From NCBI RefSeq assembly GCF_009914755.1, contig NC_060926.1: a DNA stretch of 64,000 bases; one strand, 5' to 3'. Position 1 is the first letter of the stretch. Each line of letters begins with the position of its first letter. This document shows positions 28,839 through 41,845 of this stretch, one piece after another. The position numbers were made by a program, and so were the translations under genes. The notes beneath the pieces are model-generated. The model was not told where the DNA came from. It did not search any database and saw only the letters and a list, made by a program, of their open reading frames with translations. This DNA comes from the human T2T-CHM13v2.0 reference genome, Homo sapiens.

Positions 28839-29310
28839 GAGGCACTGCGTAGAGTTATGCAATACTGTGGCCTTCCAAACAGTTGGGGTATTTTCCACAT
28901 CAGCCCTTTTGTCAGAAAAATATAATTACAGGTATGACTGAAGTTCTTCAATTTCATCAATTTCAGCAGTACCTAAACAAAATTGAAGGCTAAATATATT
29001 CTGGCTAATGCACCAAAACCATCCTTAACATCAGAAAATCTGTATTTAAGTGACAGCTCTGTCATTTATTATCTTGTGTGGTCGTGGTCAAATCATTTGA
29101 GGATTCAATTTAAAAAGTACGTCACTAATCTCACTAATGCATGTTCTATAACTATAAAAAGGTAATAATAGTAAAAGCTTCTCCCACCCTATAGAATCTT
29201 CAGAATTAACTTAAGAAAAGCTTTTTTTATATTATACACTACTAAATAAATATTAGCAAGTTTATACTCATCATCCTTCACATTTAACATTTTAACTTGA
29301 TACAACAGGC

Positions 29311-29932
29311 TGTTACAGTGGTGGCTTCTAATGGACCATACCTCACTATATCCATGAAGTCCCACAGTGATGTTAGAACTTAGCCAGGAGACTTGCTTTG
29401 ACTGATTGCATATTAACAAGCACAATACAAGCAGAGGCTTAATGAGAGGCATACAGGATAATAAGAGGCCCACTGGAGCTTACCTTGTTTTTCTTTTTTT
29501 TTTTTTTTTGAGGCAAGGTCTTCCTCTGCTACCCAGGCTGCTGGAGTGCTGTGACATGATGATAGCTTACTGCAACCTTGAACTTCTGTACTTTAGTGAT
29601 CCTCCTGCCTCAGCCTCCCAAAGTGCTGGGATTACAGGCATGAGCCACCACACCCAGCGAGCTTACATTCTTGAAAGCCAGTTCAGTGCTTTAAATAGGC
29701 TTGAGCTAGACTACCCACCAAGGAAAAACCACGTGGAGGATTCGCAGGTAGGTGAGAGGCTATCTTGAATATTTTGACCTCAGCTGAATGCATGAGGAAG
29801 ATCAGACACCACGTGGAACAGAAGCACCTCCCAGCTGAGTCCAGTCAATCACAGAATCAAGACAAATAATAAATTACTGTTTTAAGACCTAAGTTTTGGG
29901 ATGAATTTTAATGCGGCAACAGAAAATTGAAA
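29311..29932 (+). mobile_element. MLT1 (H/F-like) MaLR LTR, interrupted by Alu monomer
   Basis: gacttgctttgactga...cccagctgagtccagtcaatcacagaatc...aataataaattactgttttaagacctaagttttggg. Confidence 0.75.
29485..29658 (-). mobile_element. Alu monomer (FRAM-like / left-right hybrid)
   Basis: Single-arm length with T-tail; TSD GAGCTTAC at 29476-29483 and 29659-29666. Confidence 0.9.
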
Positions 29933-32900
29933 TCCCTGGGTTTTTAAAAATGACATCATAGCTTTAAAAAAATACTTTAACAGCAGGAATTCTGAACATT
30001 GTATGAAAGAGAGAAGATAATAGGGGAAGGAGGAAGACCTTTAAAGTAAAATCAGATGTTCACCTACTTCACTTACTTTTGAAGCCTAAATGACAGTTAG
30101 TACATAAGATACTGCTTATGCCTATGAAAAAAAGGGCCTCAAATAGAGTCATTTTGTATAAGTCACTGTATAATCAAAATCTATCTTGAACAAATGACAA
30201 CAAAATACAGGACAAAGAAACCTCCTATCTGCTTTTCTAAGACTTGCCGGTCGAGAGTAGCCAACCCACTACGAGAAAATTCTGAATTCTTATTCTGTAA
30301 CTTACAGTAGTTACCTCTGGGCAGGAGTCTATTGTTCATGATTAGGACTTCTAAATGGGAGCAAATCCCCTGGCAACTTCCAGATTTACCAGTGGGGATT
30401 TGCACTTTGATGAATAAGTCACACTGCTAAAAATTCAGCATGGGTCTTAATCGGTGCTGAAGCTAAGTTCGGAATAAACAAAGGTCAGACCCTTTTTGCT
30501 GTCATTCCTCCTTTGTGTTATTAAGGTCTTGTTTGGAAGCATTTTGTCATACATTTGGCAAAAGGGTAGGAAGCAAAGTAGTGAAGTCCTTGTGAATGTA
30601 CAAGCAGTCACCAGGGCACTTTGTTACCATTCTGAGAGAAATGTTCTCAACTAGGAAAGAGCTCTGACATTTTTAAAAGAGATATTGCAAACGCTTTATG
30701 AAGTCTTTGTGTCCTCCAGGCCGGCATTGTTGTTTAGCGTAATAGCCTTCACTTTCTAAGCAAAATGGTTGGGAAGCTTTTCAATGTAAGGTAAAAGGTG
30801 TCTTCCTACTACCAGTAAGTAACATGCTTTCATCTTTTTGTGTAGTTTTTTTTTTTTTTTTTAAAAAAAAAAAAGGAACACATTCAATGATGCCATGAAA
30901 TATGAATGAGTTATCTTTTCCAAATTTGTAGTTAACATCCTTGTTATTGTCAAAGAATTCAAGACTCCAAAGAGTAAATTTTTGTTGAATCCAGGACAGG
31001 ATGCCAAGCTAGATTCTTTGGTACTGACTTACATGTGTCAGAACTGATCTCCAACAACATTGCAAATTTATCAACAACTGAGTTCAGTATGCCTGAAACA
31101 CTCTGTGGGTGGCAGAAATAAACACCACACACCTGTGACTGACTAGTTATTATTAATTTCTCAGTAACTGCAATGAATTCAGTGAGTAGAAGAAAAAAGT
31201 GTCAGAAAAGTGCTATGGTTTACAGACCTTTTTTAAAAAGAAATTCATCCCACACAAAGCCATCAAATGAGGATATTCTTATTATCTGAAATCTATGTGG
31301 GCTTCCAAATGGTAATGCTCCAATATAAGTATTATGCTGCAGAGAAAAAATTCCCACCTTATAAATGGTAATATATCAGTTTTCCTCTCTCTCTCTCTTT
31401 TCTCTCTCCAGTATTTGATTACATGCTTTCCTTTATGAAATACGTGGTAAGTGGCAATATTGTAAAGCAAATTTTTGCTGAATTAAAAATATAGATTTTA
31501 AAGGTGTAATGCATTATATTATATATATTACTGAGATCTTCGGATATGCCACAGACTGACCTCCAATGTCCATGTTAGTAATTATTCTAAAAATCTTTTC
31601 TTTAGAGTGACAGAACCCCAGAAATTTTACTTTGTGTTATGCAGTGGGTTGAATAGGAGTTTGTAGGTTTCATTGATAGTAACATACCTTTTCCAGAGCA
31701 AGTGCCAACAATTCTGGGAAAACTAAAAATACTCTAAAGCAGAATGAGCGTTAATCGGAAAGCAAGAGAACTGGTTTCTTGTTCTCACTACATTCTGACT
31801 CAACCACCCATCAGTTTCTTTATCTAACAAATAGGAGCACTGGTATCTGGTCTATCTCTCTGGGTTGTTGCAACCTTTAGTCAGATGATGTTTATAAATG
31901 TGATCTGTAAAAGCACAATGTAATGTACAGGATCAATATTAGGTGTGTTGTTTTTAGGCAGCACTAATCTATTTTTGTTTTGTACTGTAAGCTGTGCCTG
32001 CTTGTCTACGTTCACAGTGCTTCCACCTGTCCATGCAGTGGACCTTCTCCTTGGAAATAATCCTGTGTAAATATCTTCCCTGGAAAGTATAAACCAAAAA
32101 GAAAGCATTCTAATCTGGCTGAATTTCATATCTAATATAGAGTATTTGGAGGCCATAGAAGTGGAAGACCATTAAGGAAAGAAATTCATTAGCATGCTAC
32201 ATATTTTCTTAGTTTAAGTGACAAACAACAGCAGAGTAAGGCTAGGCCATATGGGAGGAAAGAAGCTAAATTCCTTGTGGAAACTGTAAATCCATGTCTC
32301 CTTCTCCTCCAACCCACCAAAGGGTGATCTAGATAAAACATGTGACTTAAACCCTAGATCAGCATTCAGTAAGTATGTGATTCCCAAAATATGCAGGGAA
32401 ATTGGGCCAATCTGACTTTTACCTTAAATGGAAAATCTTGTTATTTCCTTTTGGAGAAAGTAAAGGAGCAATCTAAGGATACTTCTACACCCAAATTTAA
32501 AGTGGCTGTTGACAGGGCCAGAAAAGGAGATGGAGATAAATAATGTGGCTGGAAGTGGATGGATTATATAAAAAGAAAAAGACATGTAATTAGATGCAAG
32601 TAGATTTTTGGACATCCACTCTACAACGGTCACCTTTAGTATTCATGTAAACCATTTTGGAGATACTAAAGAGAAAAAAGGAAGAGTCAGAAAAGAAAAT
32701 AAAGAGAGCAAAGGTCTAGTAATGAACAACTACATGCAGGCAAGGATATGCTAACACATGTCTGTGAACCTCCACAAACCAGAATATTTAACAGAGAGAA
32801 AGAGAAGGAAAATACAACACTGCCACTGCATGTTGTGTTAAGAGAAGATAAGATCAAATGTGTGCCTTTATGAAAGGGAAATAGCACAGCAAGGATGATG

Positions 32901-33789
32901 ACTATGCCAACCCATCCAGGGGTTTTGACTGTCACGTGTGACACACAGATAAGAGCATGTTCAAAGGATGAGGGCTGTTTGATAGAGAACAGCACCGTGC
33001 TTATAGGAAACCTATATAAAAATCTGGACGTTATAGATACAGAGGGGTCTATTTGCCTGGAAAAATGTAGTTCTTGTGAAATAAGAAGGTGGGAGAAACG
33101 CCCCCCAAGTCTACATACACCAACTCAGAAGAGGTCTTTAGTCTAAGGACTTTGAGCAAATGAGGCTAATGAAAGAAAGCCACCGTGTTTGATGTTTAAG
33201 AGGACAGATTTATAAACAGGAAAAAGTTAAAATGGGATTACTACTTTACACCTCCAACAAATAAAATAACAGAAGAATACTATCATGGTGCTTTCATCAT
33301 TAGCCTCAGGAAATATCTGCCCCTGTGTAATGTGGATCCTGCAGAAGAATAACAACAACAACACAACAAGGATGGCAACAAAAACCCTGCATACTCTTTT
33401 ACAAAATATATATGTATATTTTCTTCTGCTTCAAAAAAAAAAAAAAAAACCCTTAAAGGCAGAGAGTCCTGTGTTTCATGTACAGCATTGTCAAGTTGTC
33501 TGGTAGAGATGAGAAAGCTGACAGCCCTCTGGAGGGCCTGAGCTGAGGCTGCGTGCAGAAGTCTGGAATGGCAGAGACCTGATCCCGCATGTAATGAGAC
33601 CAAACAGAGCTGGAAGGGAAACTCTGCTCGTAAGCCCCTTCAGACAAAGAATCAAGCAGCAGCTGCTTGCCTGTCATGCTTCACCTTCCTGTCCATGGTC
33701 CTCCTTTTCTGCAACAGCAGGGGCAACACGAAAAGACTGAAGTAGATTACAGTTAGCTCAGAGGCCATATAGGCACTGTGTAAATATAT

Positions 33790-33925
33790 TCATTCATTTA
33801 TCCATTTATTTGAAATTTATCAAAAATTTGCCATGTGCTTTGTGCTGTGCAAAGTATTTGGGATGCAGTGGTAAATAAGACACACTTTCCACCAGGAAAG
33901 TTTTCATAGTCTGGTGGGGGAAGTG
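33790..33925 (-). mobile_element. L2 3' end
   Basis: cattcattta...gtatttgggatgcagtggtaaataagacaca...ttcatagtctggtgggg. Confidence 0.7.
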
Positions 33926-35176
33926 AAAATGTAAACAAATCTTCATGTGTACATGAGATATGCATGTTTATTCCAAGACAGCTAAAACCATTTCCCACAA
34001 GCATTTCAATGCAAACAAAAAGCTAGTCCATTAAATATATATGTATCCTCCTAGGTTTGTTAATCTTAAAGCTAGAGGAAGATCTTATAATGACAGAAGA
34101 ATTTTGGCCCTGTACATAAGAGTGGTTAAGAACTGAAGTCTTTTTAAATTATACAAGGAATAGACATAGTCTTTTAGTTATAAAATTTGCATTGACAAAC
34201 TAGGTGTTAACTGAAATCCTTGTCATAACTAAATCGCATCTTAGTCATATAAAATCTTTGTCGTGCAAGTATAACTCAGGTACATAACTTTGCATTCTGC
34301 AGAAGGAGTATAATTGCATATCTATTCCTTTCTTTTTAAGAATAGGAAAAGATTTAGCAGAACAAAGAGGTTGCTCAAAGCCTCCCAGTGGGCAACAGTC
34401 AACCTTAAGTGTGTTTAAGTGGGCTTGGGGGGGGAGATTCAAGTGTTAAATCATATAATTATATTAAGAGAGATACCTGAGGAATTGGGGTATTCCGGTT
34501 ATAATCATATACTTGAAAACATGAGGAACAAGGTACAAGTAGGTTCTTTCCTTTTATTTAAAATATAAAAGACTTATAATTAACAATTAATCCCTCCTAA
34601 AGGCACTTAGTGATTTCTCGCTTAAAAAAAAAGGGCTTCACTCCTTGTGGTTGGCTGCAGCAATCAAAAAGTTCATATTTAAATGGAAAGAAGTACGTCC
34701 CACACTAATATTAATGGTACAATGGTAGTAGGAACAGAATTGATAATTGAGTTATTAATCAACATTGCCATTTTTAAGAATATGGCTACATTCTTAAAAA
34801 GAAAAGGACAATGTTAGTGGCACTAGCACCCTGGGAACTTGGCTGTGCCCAGACTGACTCCTCTTTGGCTCTCTGACTTCCTACATAATTAGAACTTAAG
34901 GTGTAAAATTGGAACATATTACAGAACAGTTGTTTTCACATAAATATTAAAGCAGATATCATGTCAAGGAAGAAAATAACCAGTCTCACAATTTGGCTGA
35001 ATGTAGAAAAAAACTGAAATCAGCAATAGGTAGCATTTTTTTTACTTTCATCTATTTATTTAATTTTTTAAATTTAATTGTTTTGATACCTCAGTTTTCT
35101 AATCAGTAAAATGAACATCAGTGTATTTTAGAGAGATACTTTAAGACAACTTTGGAAATCCCGTAAAACTAAAACT

Positions 35177-35295
35177 GTACTTCTCAAACTTTAAGGTACA
35201 TGTGACTAACTCACCAGTGGATCTTGTTACAATGCAGATTCTAACTTAGCAGGTCTGGGTTAAGCCCCAATCTGTATTTCTACACATCTCATTTT
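35177..35295 (+). mobile_element. MER5A-like hAT fragment
   Basis: ttctcaaacttta...ggatcttgttacaatgcagattctaacttagcaggtctggg. Confidence 0.75.
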
Positions 35296-35339
35296 AAGCA
35301 ACGAGATTCTAAAAACACCTTGCCCAACTGTAATTTCCA

Positions 35340-35925
35340 AGTATGTCTGCAGCAACTATCATTCATGCCACATGCCCTTTGGCATGTAAATTATTTGCTG
35401 CTGCTGCATCCGGAGGTAGAGCAGCATCTATTTCTCCATCTCCTTAAATCTGAGTGTGCCCTTCAACCATTTGGACAAACAGGCTATGATGAGACTGTGC
35501 CATTTTGGGTTATATCCCTTAACTGCACTGGCAGCTTCAACTTCCAGGCTTTGGGAGCCAGGTGTCATGAAAGTAGTATGGCTACCGAAGACCATTATAA
35601 CATGAGAATCCCAAGCCACTTAAGGAGGCCCGGGAGGATAAGACTACCATATGAAGAGAGACAAAAAGACAGAGAGAGAGGGAGAGATGAGACAATGAGG
35701 CTGAGAGGGAGAAGAATCAAAGAGCATGGAGGCACCAGTCACAGGTGAAGAAGCTACATTGAAAGTAGAACCTCCAGCCTCAGATGATATCACCTGGATC
35801 AGAGAAACCATGAGCCAAGCCTTTCTTAAATTTCTAACACACAAAATCTGAGCAAATTTAAATGGTTGTTTCAGACCCTAAATTGTGCAGTGTATTGCTT
35901 CTCATCAACAGGAAACTAAATCTGA
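35340..35925 (+). mobile_element. MLT1 (G/H-like) MaLR LTR
   Basis: actggcagcttc..cttcc...gtgaagaagc..cattgaaagt..acctccagcctcag...tttctaacacacaaaatc..gagcaaa..aaatggttgttt. Confidence 0.75.
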
Positions 35926-36179
35926 ATTAATAAGTAAGGGAATTTTAAATAGACATAAAAGTGAAAAGTCAGTACTTTAATACTATTTACATTCAATATA
36001 TGTGCTGATAAAGCAGCGCCAAAAAAAAACTTGTGAGTGACCTGTTTCATTTCCCACTTCTGAAAAATATAGATATTGTATCAATATCCAACTGCACAAT
36101 CTCACAGTTAAGAGGTGGAACTGGGATTTGATGTCAAGTGTGGCTAATGCCAGAAAAAGCACACAGGCAGGGAACCCAG

Positions 36180-36745
36180 CTGAGAATGTTTTACGAAAAG
36201 CTTCCAAAATGAGAAGGTGGTTGAACCCAGTCTCCATGGAGAAGTAGGAGTTAAAAAAGTGACAAAGTTTGGTAGGACAGGTATCTCAATCAGAGGGACA
36301 GCAGATAAAAATAATGAGCAGTCTGAAAGAATGGCACATTAATGAGTGGAACAGGAAGACTGAAGTAACAAAAGATAATTCTGGCAGTGGCTCATGCCTG
36401 TAACCCCAATGACTCAAGAGGACGAAGCAAGAGGATCGCTTGAGGCCAGGAATTGAAGACCAGCCTGAGCAACAGAGTGAGACCCTGTCTCTTAAAAAAG
36501 GGGGAAAAAAGATAATTCTGGAGCAGTAGGCTTCATGCTGTGGAGAGCCATTGCAAACTTTTAAGTTGACAAAAGATTTCTGACCAAATGTAGATTTTAA
36601 AAGATTAAGCAATTTGGTTATCCAATTGGAAAAATTTCAGGCTAGAGGTAGACAGACAAGTGTGAAGGTTGTTGCAGCATTACAGGCAAGACGTGGTTCT
36701 GTTCTAAACTAAGGAATGTTAAGAGGGAAGGAAAATACTGGTTAT
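36180..36745 (-). mobile_element. L2 fragment (appears to resume at ~39010-39480)
   Basis: ggagagccattgcaaacttttaag...gaaggttgttgcagcattacaggcaagacgtggt...ctaaactaagg antisense L2. Confidence 0.6.
36385..36510 (+). mobile_element. FLAM (free left Alu monomer), 5'-truncated
   Basis: cagtggctcatgcctgtaa...gaggatcgcttgaggccagg...gagaccctgtctct-A tail; TSD aaaagataattctgg on both sides. Confidence 0.9.
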
Positions 36746-36956
36746 AAAGATATTTTAGTGATAATGACAAGTGTCATGATATGGCCACAACCATGACAAT
36801 AATAAATAATATTTATTATAAATCTTATTATATTAAATATAATATTTAATAATATTGATATGATAAAAGTCAAATTAGTGATTAACATCCCTGTCTCTAC
36901 ATAGATTGTGTCATGAAGAGAGACAGGGATGTTAGGAAGAGACACTCAAATTTGGT

Positions 36957-37392
36957 ACCATCTTACCTTTATTCTAACTCTTCTTATAAAACGCTATTAT
37001 ATTAATATTTCTCAGATGTACTAATGATAAGATCCTTCTCCTTCAGAAAAAAAAACAATTCCAAGAAAAAACACCTTCAAATGTGCATTATCCCACAGCA
37101 TAATATTAAAACTCCTCACGACGGTAATTTAAGGCTTCTTCATGCTTTCCCAACTACATCCTTGGTTTTGTCTCTCTAATCACCTTTTACTTATTCTTCA
37201 ATCAGTCACATGGACCTCCTCCTGTATGTACTCCATGTTTTGTTATCTTGTTCCTTTGTTCTAGATGCTGCCTCTAACTCAGTGCTTCTCAAACTTGAGT
37301 GTGAATCGGAATCACCTACGGAAATTAAAGCACAGATTGCTGAGTCCCAGCCTCAGAGCTCCTGGTTCAGTAGGTATAGGGTGGGACCTAAA
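36957..37392 (+). repeat. Dispersed ~436-bp duplicate of 43254-43692
   Basis: Manual alignment is co-linear, about 89% identical by hand count; paralogous ORFs 37210-37434 and 43509-43691 share DAASNSVLLKLE. Confidence 0.97.
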
Positions 37393-37466
37393 CACAACCT
37401 CAACAATAATATAAATATTATTTATTATTTATAATGATAATTAATATTTATTATTATTATTTTGAC

Positions 37467-37973
37467 TGTAGGATATAATAAGCTAAAAAATACCTCTGCC
37501 TCCCCCAGGGATATATGTGTTCTAATTCCTGGAACCCATAAATGTTACTATATACGGGGAATCAAAGGGGTCTTTGCAAATGTGATTACCTGAATGATCT
37601 TGACATGGAGAAATGATCCTGCATTATCTAGGTGGGCTTTAAATACACAAGTATTCTCATTATAGGAAGGCAAACAGAGAGTTTACACACAAATAGAGGT
37701 AAAGAGGATGTGATGTGAAGATAGAGGCAAAGATCAGATTAATGAGGCCACCAGCCAAGGAATGTTGGCAGCCACTGGAAGCTGGAAGAAGCAAGAAATG
37801 GGTTCTCCCCCAGGGCTTCTAGAAGAGAGTAGGTCCCTGCCAACACTTTAATTTCAGCCCAGTGATTCTGATTTTAGGTTTCTGGCCTCCAGAACCATAA
37901 GAGATTAAATGTCATTTGCTTTAGGCCACCAGTTTGTGGCAGATTGTTACAGCAGCCACAGAAAATTAGAACA
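37467..37973 (+). mobile_element. MLT1C/D MaLR LTR
   Basis: ctaattcctggaacc..aatgttac...gtctttgcaaatgtgatta...gccaaggaatg...ttctggcctccagaac...gttacagcagccacagaaaattagaaca. Confidence 0.88.
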
Positions 37974-37989
37974 CAGGAAAATAAATCTT

Positions 37990-38770
37990 CTTTGAATTTC
38001 TTAGTGCTCCTGTAAAAAGGGCCAGCTTTCTGGGACATGGAAATCTGTATGATATAAGGATGGAGAAATTTGCCTTCATTTCCCCTCAAAACTTTTTCCT
38101 TTTCCCATACTATAAGGATTAGATCTATAGCCATTTGTCAAGTTAACTGCTCTGTTCCAAAGGATAATAAACCTCATCACCCTGAGGGAACCAAATGTTT
38201 ACAGCCTGGACTAGGCATCTAGGTTAAGCTCCCTGGGAGCCAGGGAGATGGGAGCTCTATCTCCCTATTTACATTTCAATGGTAAATAAAACCCAAAATG
38301 TGGTACAGTAGAAAATACCTGACAGTGGTTACCTGTTGCATCCAAATCTGAGCGAGTAAGATGGTATATAAATACCAAATTGAATTGAAGATAAAGATAT
38401 CCCTAGGTCATAAAAGCCAGAAATTTGAAGTTTGTGGAGAGATTCAACTACTGGGAAGGATCCTGGGTTATCGTAAACCCATGAGCCTTTCCATTTCGTC
38501 TCCAAGGAGCAAAGGTTTTTCTCCCTTCTTTGAGGATTAAAAGGGTGCAGCTGGCTTTCTCTTGTATATAAATGGCCAAAAACAAAAAAATCTATTTTTC
38601 TTTGTCTTTCTCTCACTTATGAAGTATTTGGCCACTTGTGTAAGATAATATTTTATCTGGCTTTTATTATGTTGCTCCAGGGGTAAGGACTGGAACAAGA
38701 GGGGCCAATTTAGTTATTATATAAGTAATAAATAATCTGTCTCTGGTCTAGAATACCTAATATTCATACT
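37990..38770 (+). mobile_element. Old ERV-type LTR (family unresolved)
   Basis: LTR-like layout: TATA-like gtatataaat, then aataaataatctgtctctgg near the 3' end as in several ERVL/ERV1 LTRs. Confidence 0.45.
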
Positions 38771-38829
38771 AAAGATTAAAATTAATAAAGATAAATAATA
38801 AAAACCAAATACCTATGTTCTAAACATTT

Positions 38830-38980
38830 CTCCAAACCTATTATTATCTATATTATACAGAAGACAACACTGAAGTTTTGAGAATTTAATTAATTTTATT
38901 AGAATCACATTAATGATAAGTGGTATAGCCAGGATTTCGTGTAAGACATATTTGACTCCAAAGCCCTTGCTTTAAACCAT
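38830..38980 (-). mobile_element. MIR SINE
   Basis: tattattatctatattatacagaagacaacactgaag...tgactccaaagcccttgctttaaacca. Confidence 0.7.
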
Positions 38981-39009
38981 GGATTTAATAATTAACTTTA
39001 AAGAAGTTA

Positions 39010-39480
39010 ATTATTATGAGGTAGATAGAATCTAGGATGATTCAACATTTATGACTTGGGCTCTTGCATATGGTAGTTCCATTTACCAAGGAGTGTACAG
39101 GAACTCAAAATCTTTTAACCTGGAAAGACAATGTATTCAATTTCCAATATGTTGATTTTGATACCATAAAAATATTTTTTCAAAACATTCTAACCAAGTA
39201 AAATTGTAATATAATCGAACAGATGAGCAATGAAGACATACATTTCTGAACCACTCACAGGTAGGTTATAGGTAAAGCTTTGGTTTGGATGAGCTTCTTA
39301 GAAAGTCTAGAGTGAATGAGAAGGGAAGGCAATGGAGGATGGGCCATTAAGTACATGGATGGAAGAAGAGTTGATGTGAAGGAGCCAGAGAAGTAGGTGG
39401 AATGACAAGAGGAAGTAGAAACATGGAGTGCAAAGGAAGCAGTCAAAGAAAGGAAAGTGATGGAAGACTGGGGAAGAGAG
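39010..39480 (-). mobile_element. L2 fragment
   Basis: gaatctaggatgattc...ggtagttccatttaccaag...gaaggagccagagaagtaggtggaa antisense L2. Confidence 0.65.
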
Positions 39481-39769
39481 AAATGGGAAGCTAAGTCAGG
39501 GATACAGAAAGGCAAAACAGTATGGTGAGGAAAATTTAAGAGGAGGGATGACAGGAAAGACTCATAATTGCAATGCATTATCCCATGTAATCCATAAGGA
39601 TGTTTTCCACAGGCTCTTTTATTATTAATGTCAAAAGCATGTAAATAGCACAGTAAATGTTTTGTCATTCTAATAAGTTACTTGAAGATATTTGACATGA
39701 TAATATAAATGTTGTAGTTAATTTAGAGGAAAAGGGCAGTTTTTATATAGAGGGATAAGTTACAACTAA

Positions 39770-39950
39770 AAGACCTGTATTAGAATCTCTTTTTGTTTTG
39801 CATTCAGTATTGTTATAAATTTCTGCGAGTTAATTGTCCTCTCTGAAACTCATTCTCCTTAACTACTTGATGACAATAATGTCGGCCTCACAGTGTTACT
39901 GTGAAACTTCAGTAAGTAATGTATATAAAGGTATCTAACACAGTGTATTA
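39770..39950 (+). mobile_element. MIR SINE
   Basis: ctctgaaactcattctcc...cctcacagtgttactgtgaaacttcagtaagtaatgtatataaaggtatctaacacagtg. Confidence 0.65.
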
Positions 39951-40369
39951 ACATACACCATAAGAAATACCTGATCAATGTATTTCCTAGTACATGTAGG
40001 AAATAGTAAGAAATACCTGATCAATGGACATCAGTTGAATCTGAAGAACTATAATGACATATAAATATGGAAGCAAATTGAAAACTACAAAAACATCATA
40101 TACCAACTACCGTATAACCTCGTTGTTTGTCAGTATACAATGCTACAGTCTTAATTTTGCTTTGTGTTTTTATTGGGCACAAGAGGGCAGAATAATATTA
40201 CCCCTTGTCAAAATTGGACTAGACCTAAGCAGAAAACTTTCTGTTAACAGCTTATATTCTGAAAATCAATCATCTGAAAAGGATGAAGATAATAAAATAA
40301 CTATAGGATTAAGTGAAATTTATTTATGTTTTCAACCAAACAATAAAAGTAATAAATGTGTATTTGAAT

Positions 40370-41000
40370 TTATCTGTAGTAGTATAAGTTGTTGAATACC
40401 GCTTATGTCAGATTATGTAATAGAGTAGTGGAAAACATAAAATGTTAAAATAACAAAATAACTACACGATCAATTCCATCAAGAAAAATAACAAATATAA
40501 AAATGACTCAAGTATATGGCAAAATATTACGATCACCATAAAAAGACAGAAAGTCTAAGGGAGTTCCAAAAAAAGAGATTATATGTGATCAGCAATTCTA
40601 GGTAGAGCTGGTGGCACTTCAGTTGTACCTTGATAGACTGACTTTAGAACTTCAGCTGAAGAGAAAGTGGGGAAGGGCATTTTAAGACAGAGGGGAAAAC
40701 ATGAGCAAAGGCTCTGAGCTTTGGACAGCTGAGACCTATTTAGGAGAGCAGCATAGTTTGGTTGGAATGTATGAAACCTTTGTGGGAGTGATGAATACAA
40801 AAGCTAGAAAGATACAAGGACATGGTTTGATAGACATTGAGTGCTCAATAAAAAAATGCAAACTTCCTTTGTGAGACAAAAGAGAATCACTGGGATATTT
40901 TGGGTAGGGGAGTGTGTGGACCAGAGTTGAATTTGAGGAAGAGTATTTGAAGGGAAGGATTTATTGGGTTTGTAACATCAGGTAGAATTGACAGAAAGTT
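40370..41000 (-). mobile_element. L2 3' region
   Basis: gttgaataccgcttatgtcaga...gaagggcattttaagacagaggggaaaacatgagcaaaggctctgag...gagaatcactggga. Confidence 0.7.
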
Positions 41001-41069
41001 ACTTAAAGCTAATGGAGACCCTGAGTTACAGAAGAGTAGAAGAATCTAAGTTTCTCTTTAAGAAATACT

Positions 41070-41813
41070 ATAAATAAAAAATGAAGAAAAAAAAAAAAGA
41101 ATGACTTAGAATATCATCATTGTGCAACTCCTAATGAATCAATGGATTTGAGCATCAATGGCTGATAACCTCCCAAAAAGAGACAAGCAGATATTATGTT
41201 GAATAATGGAAGCGATTTGTTAAATGATAGACACTATAAACTTGTTTTGCAAAATACAAAACAAAAGAAAAACCTGAATTTGATTGTGCCTCTAGATCCA
41301 ACTAGTAGCTTAGAAGGAAGGCATAAAACACAGGAATATGTCAAACTACACTCTAACAAGGCAGTTGACAAAATTACACCTATGGGAAACTCTACAAGTG
41401 AAAAATCTAGATTCTTCAACAAATAAATTGCAAAGGAAAAAGAGTGCAGGGAGGGATAAACCTATATGTGATGGCTAATTTTGTGTGTCAACTTGGCTGG
41501 GCCATAGTCTCAGAGATTTGGGGTCAAACATCATTCTGGATGTTTTTCTAAAGGTGTTTTTGGATGAGATTAACATTTAAATTGGTAGACTTTAACTAAG
41601 CAGATTACCCTCCCTGATATTGGTGGGCCTCATTTAAGCAGTTAAAACATTAATAGAACAAAAATAGACCACTCTCAAGCAAGGAGGACTTCTGTCAGCA
41701 GGCTGCCTGTGGACTTGAACTGCAACTCTTCCCTTGGACTCCAGCCTGCCAGCCCTACCCTGTGATTTTAGATTTACCAAGTCTCCATAATTACATGAGC
41801 AAATTCCTTAAAA

Positions 41814-41845
<32 letters not shown>

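Noticed and set aside
30242-30295. Minus-strand exon with GC donor (NKNSEFSRSGLATLD|gcaagt)
   Set aside because: Weak acceptor, exonic donor positions do not fit a GC-AG site, and the peptide is not recognised.
30846-30874. T17-A12 palindrome as a functional hairpin
   Set aside because: Homopolymer low complexity; common and uninformative.
32200-33260. Possible ancient Gypsy/ERV LTR or processed pseudogene
   Set aside because: Purine-rich and LTR-like in texture, but I could not match a consensus or find a coherent reading frame.
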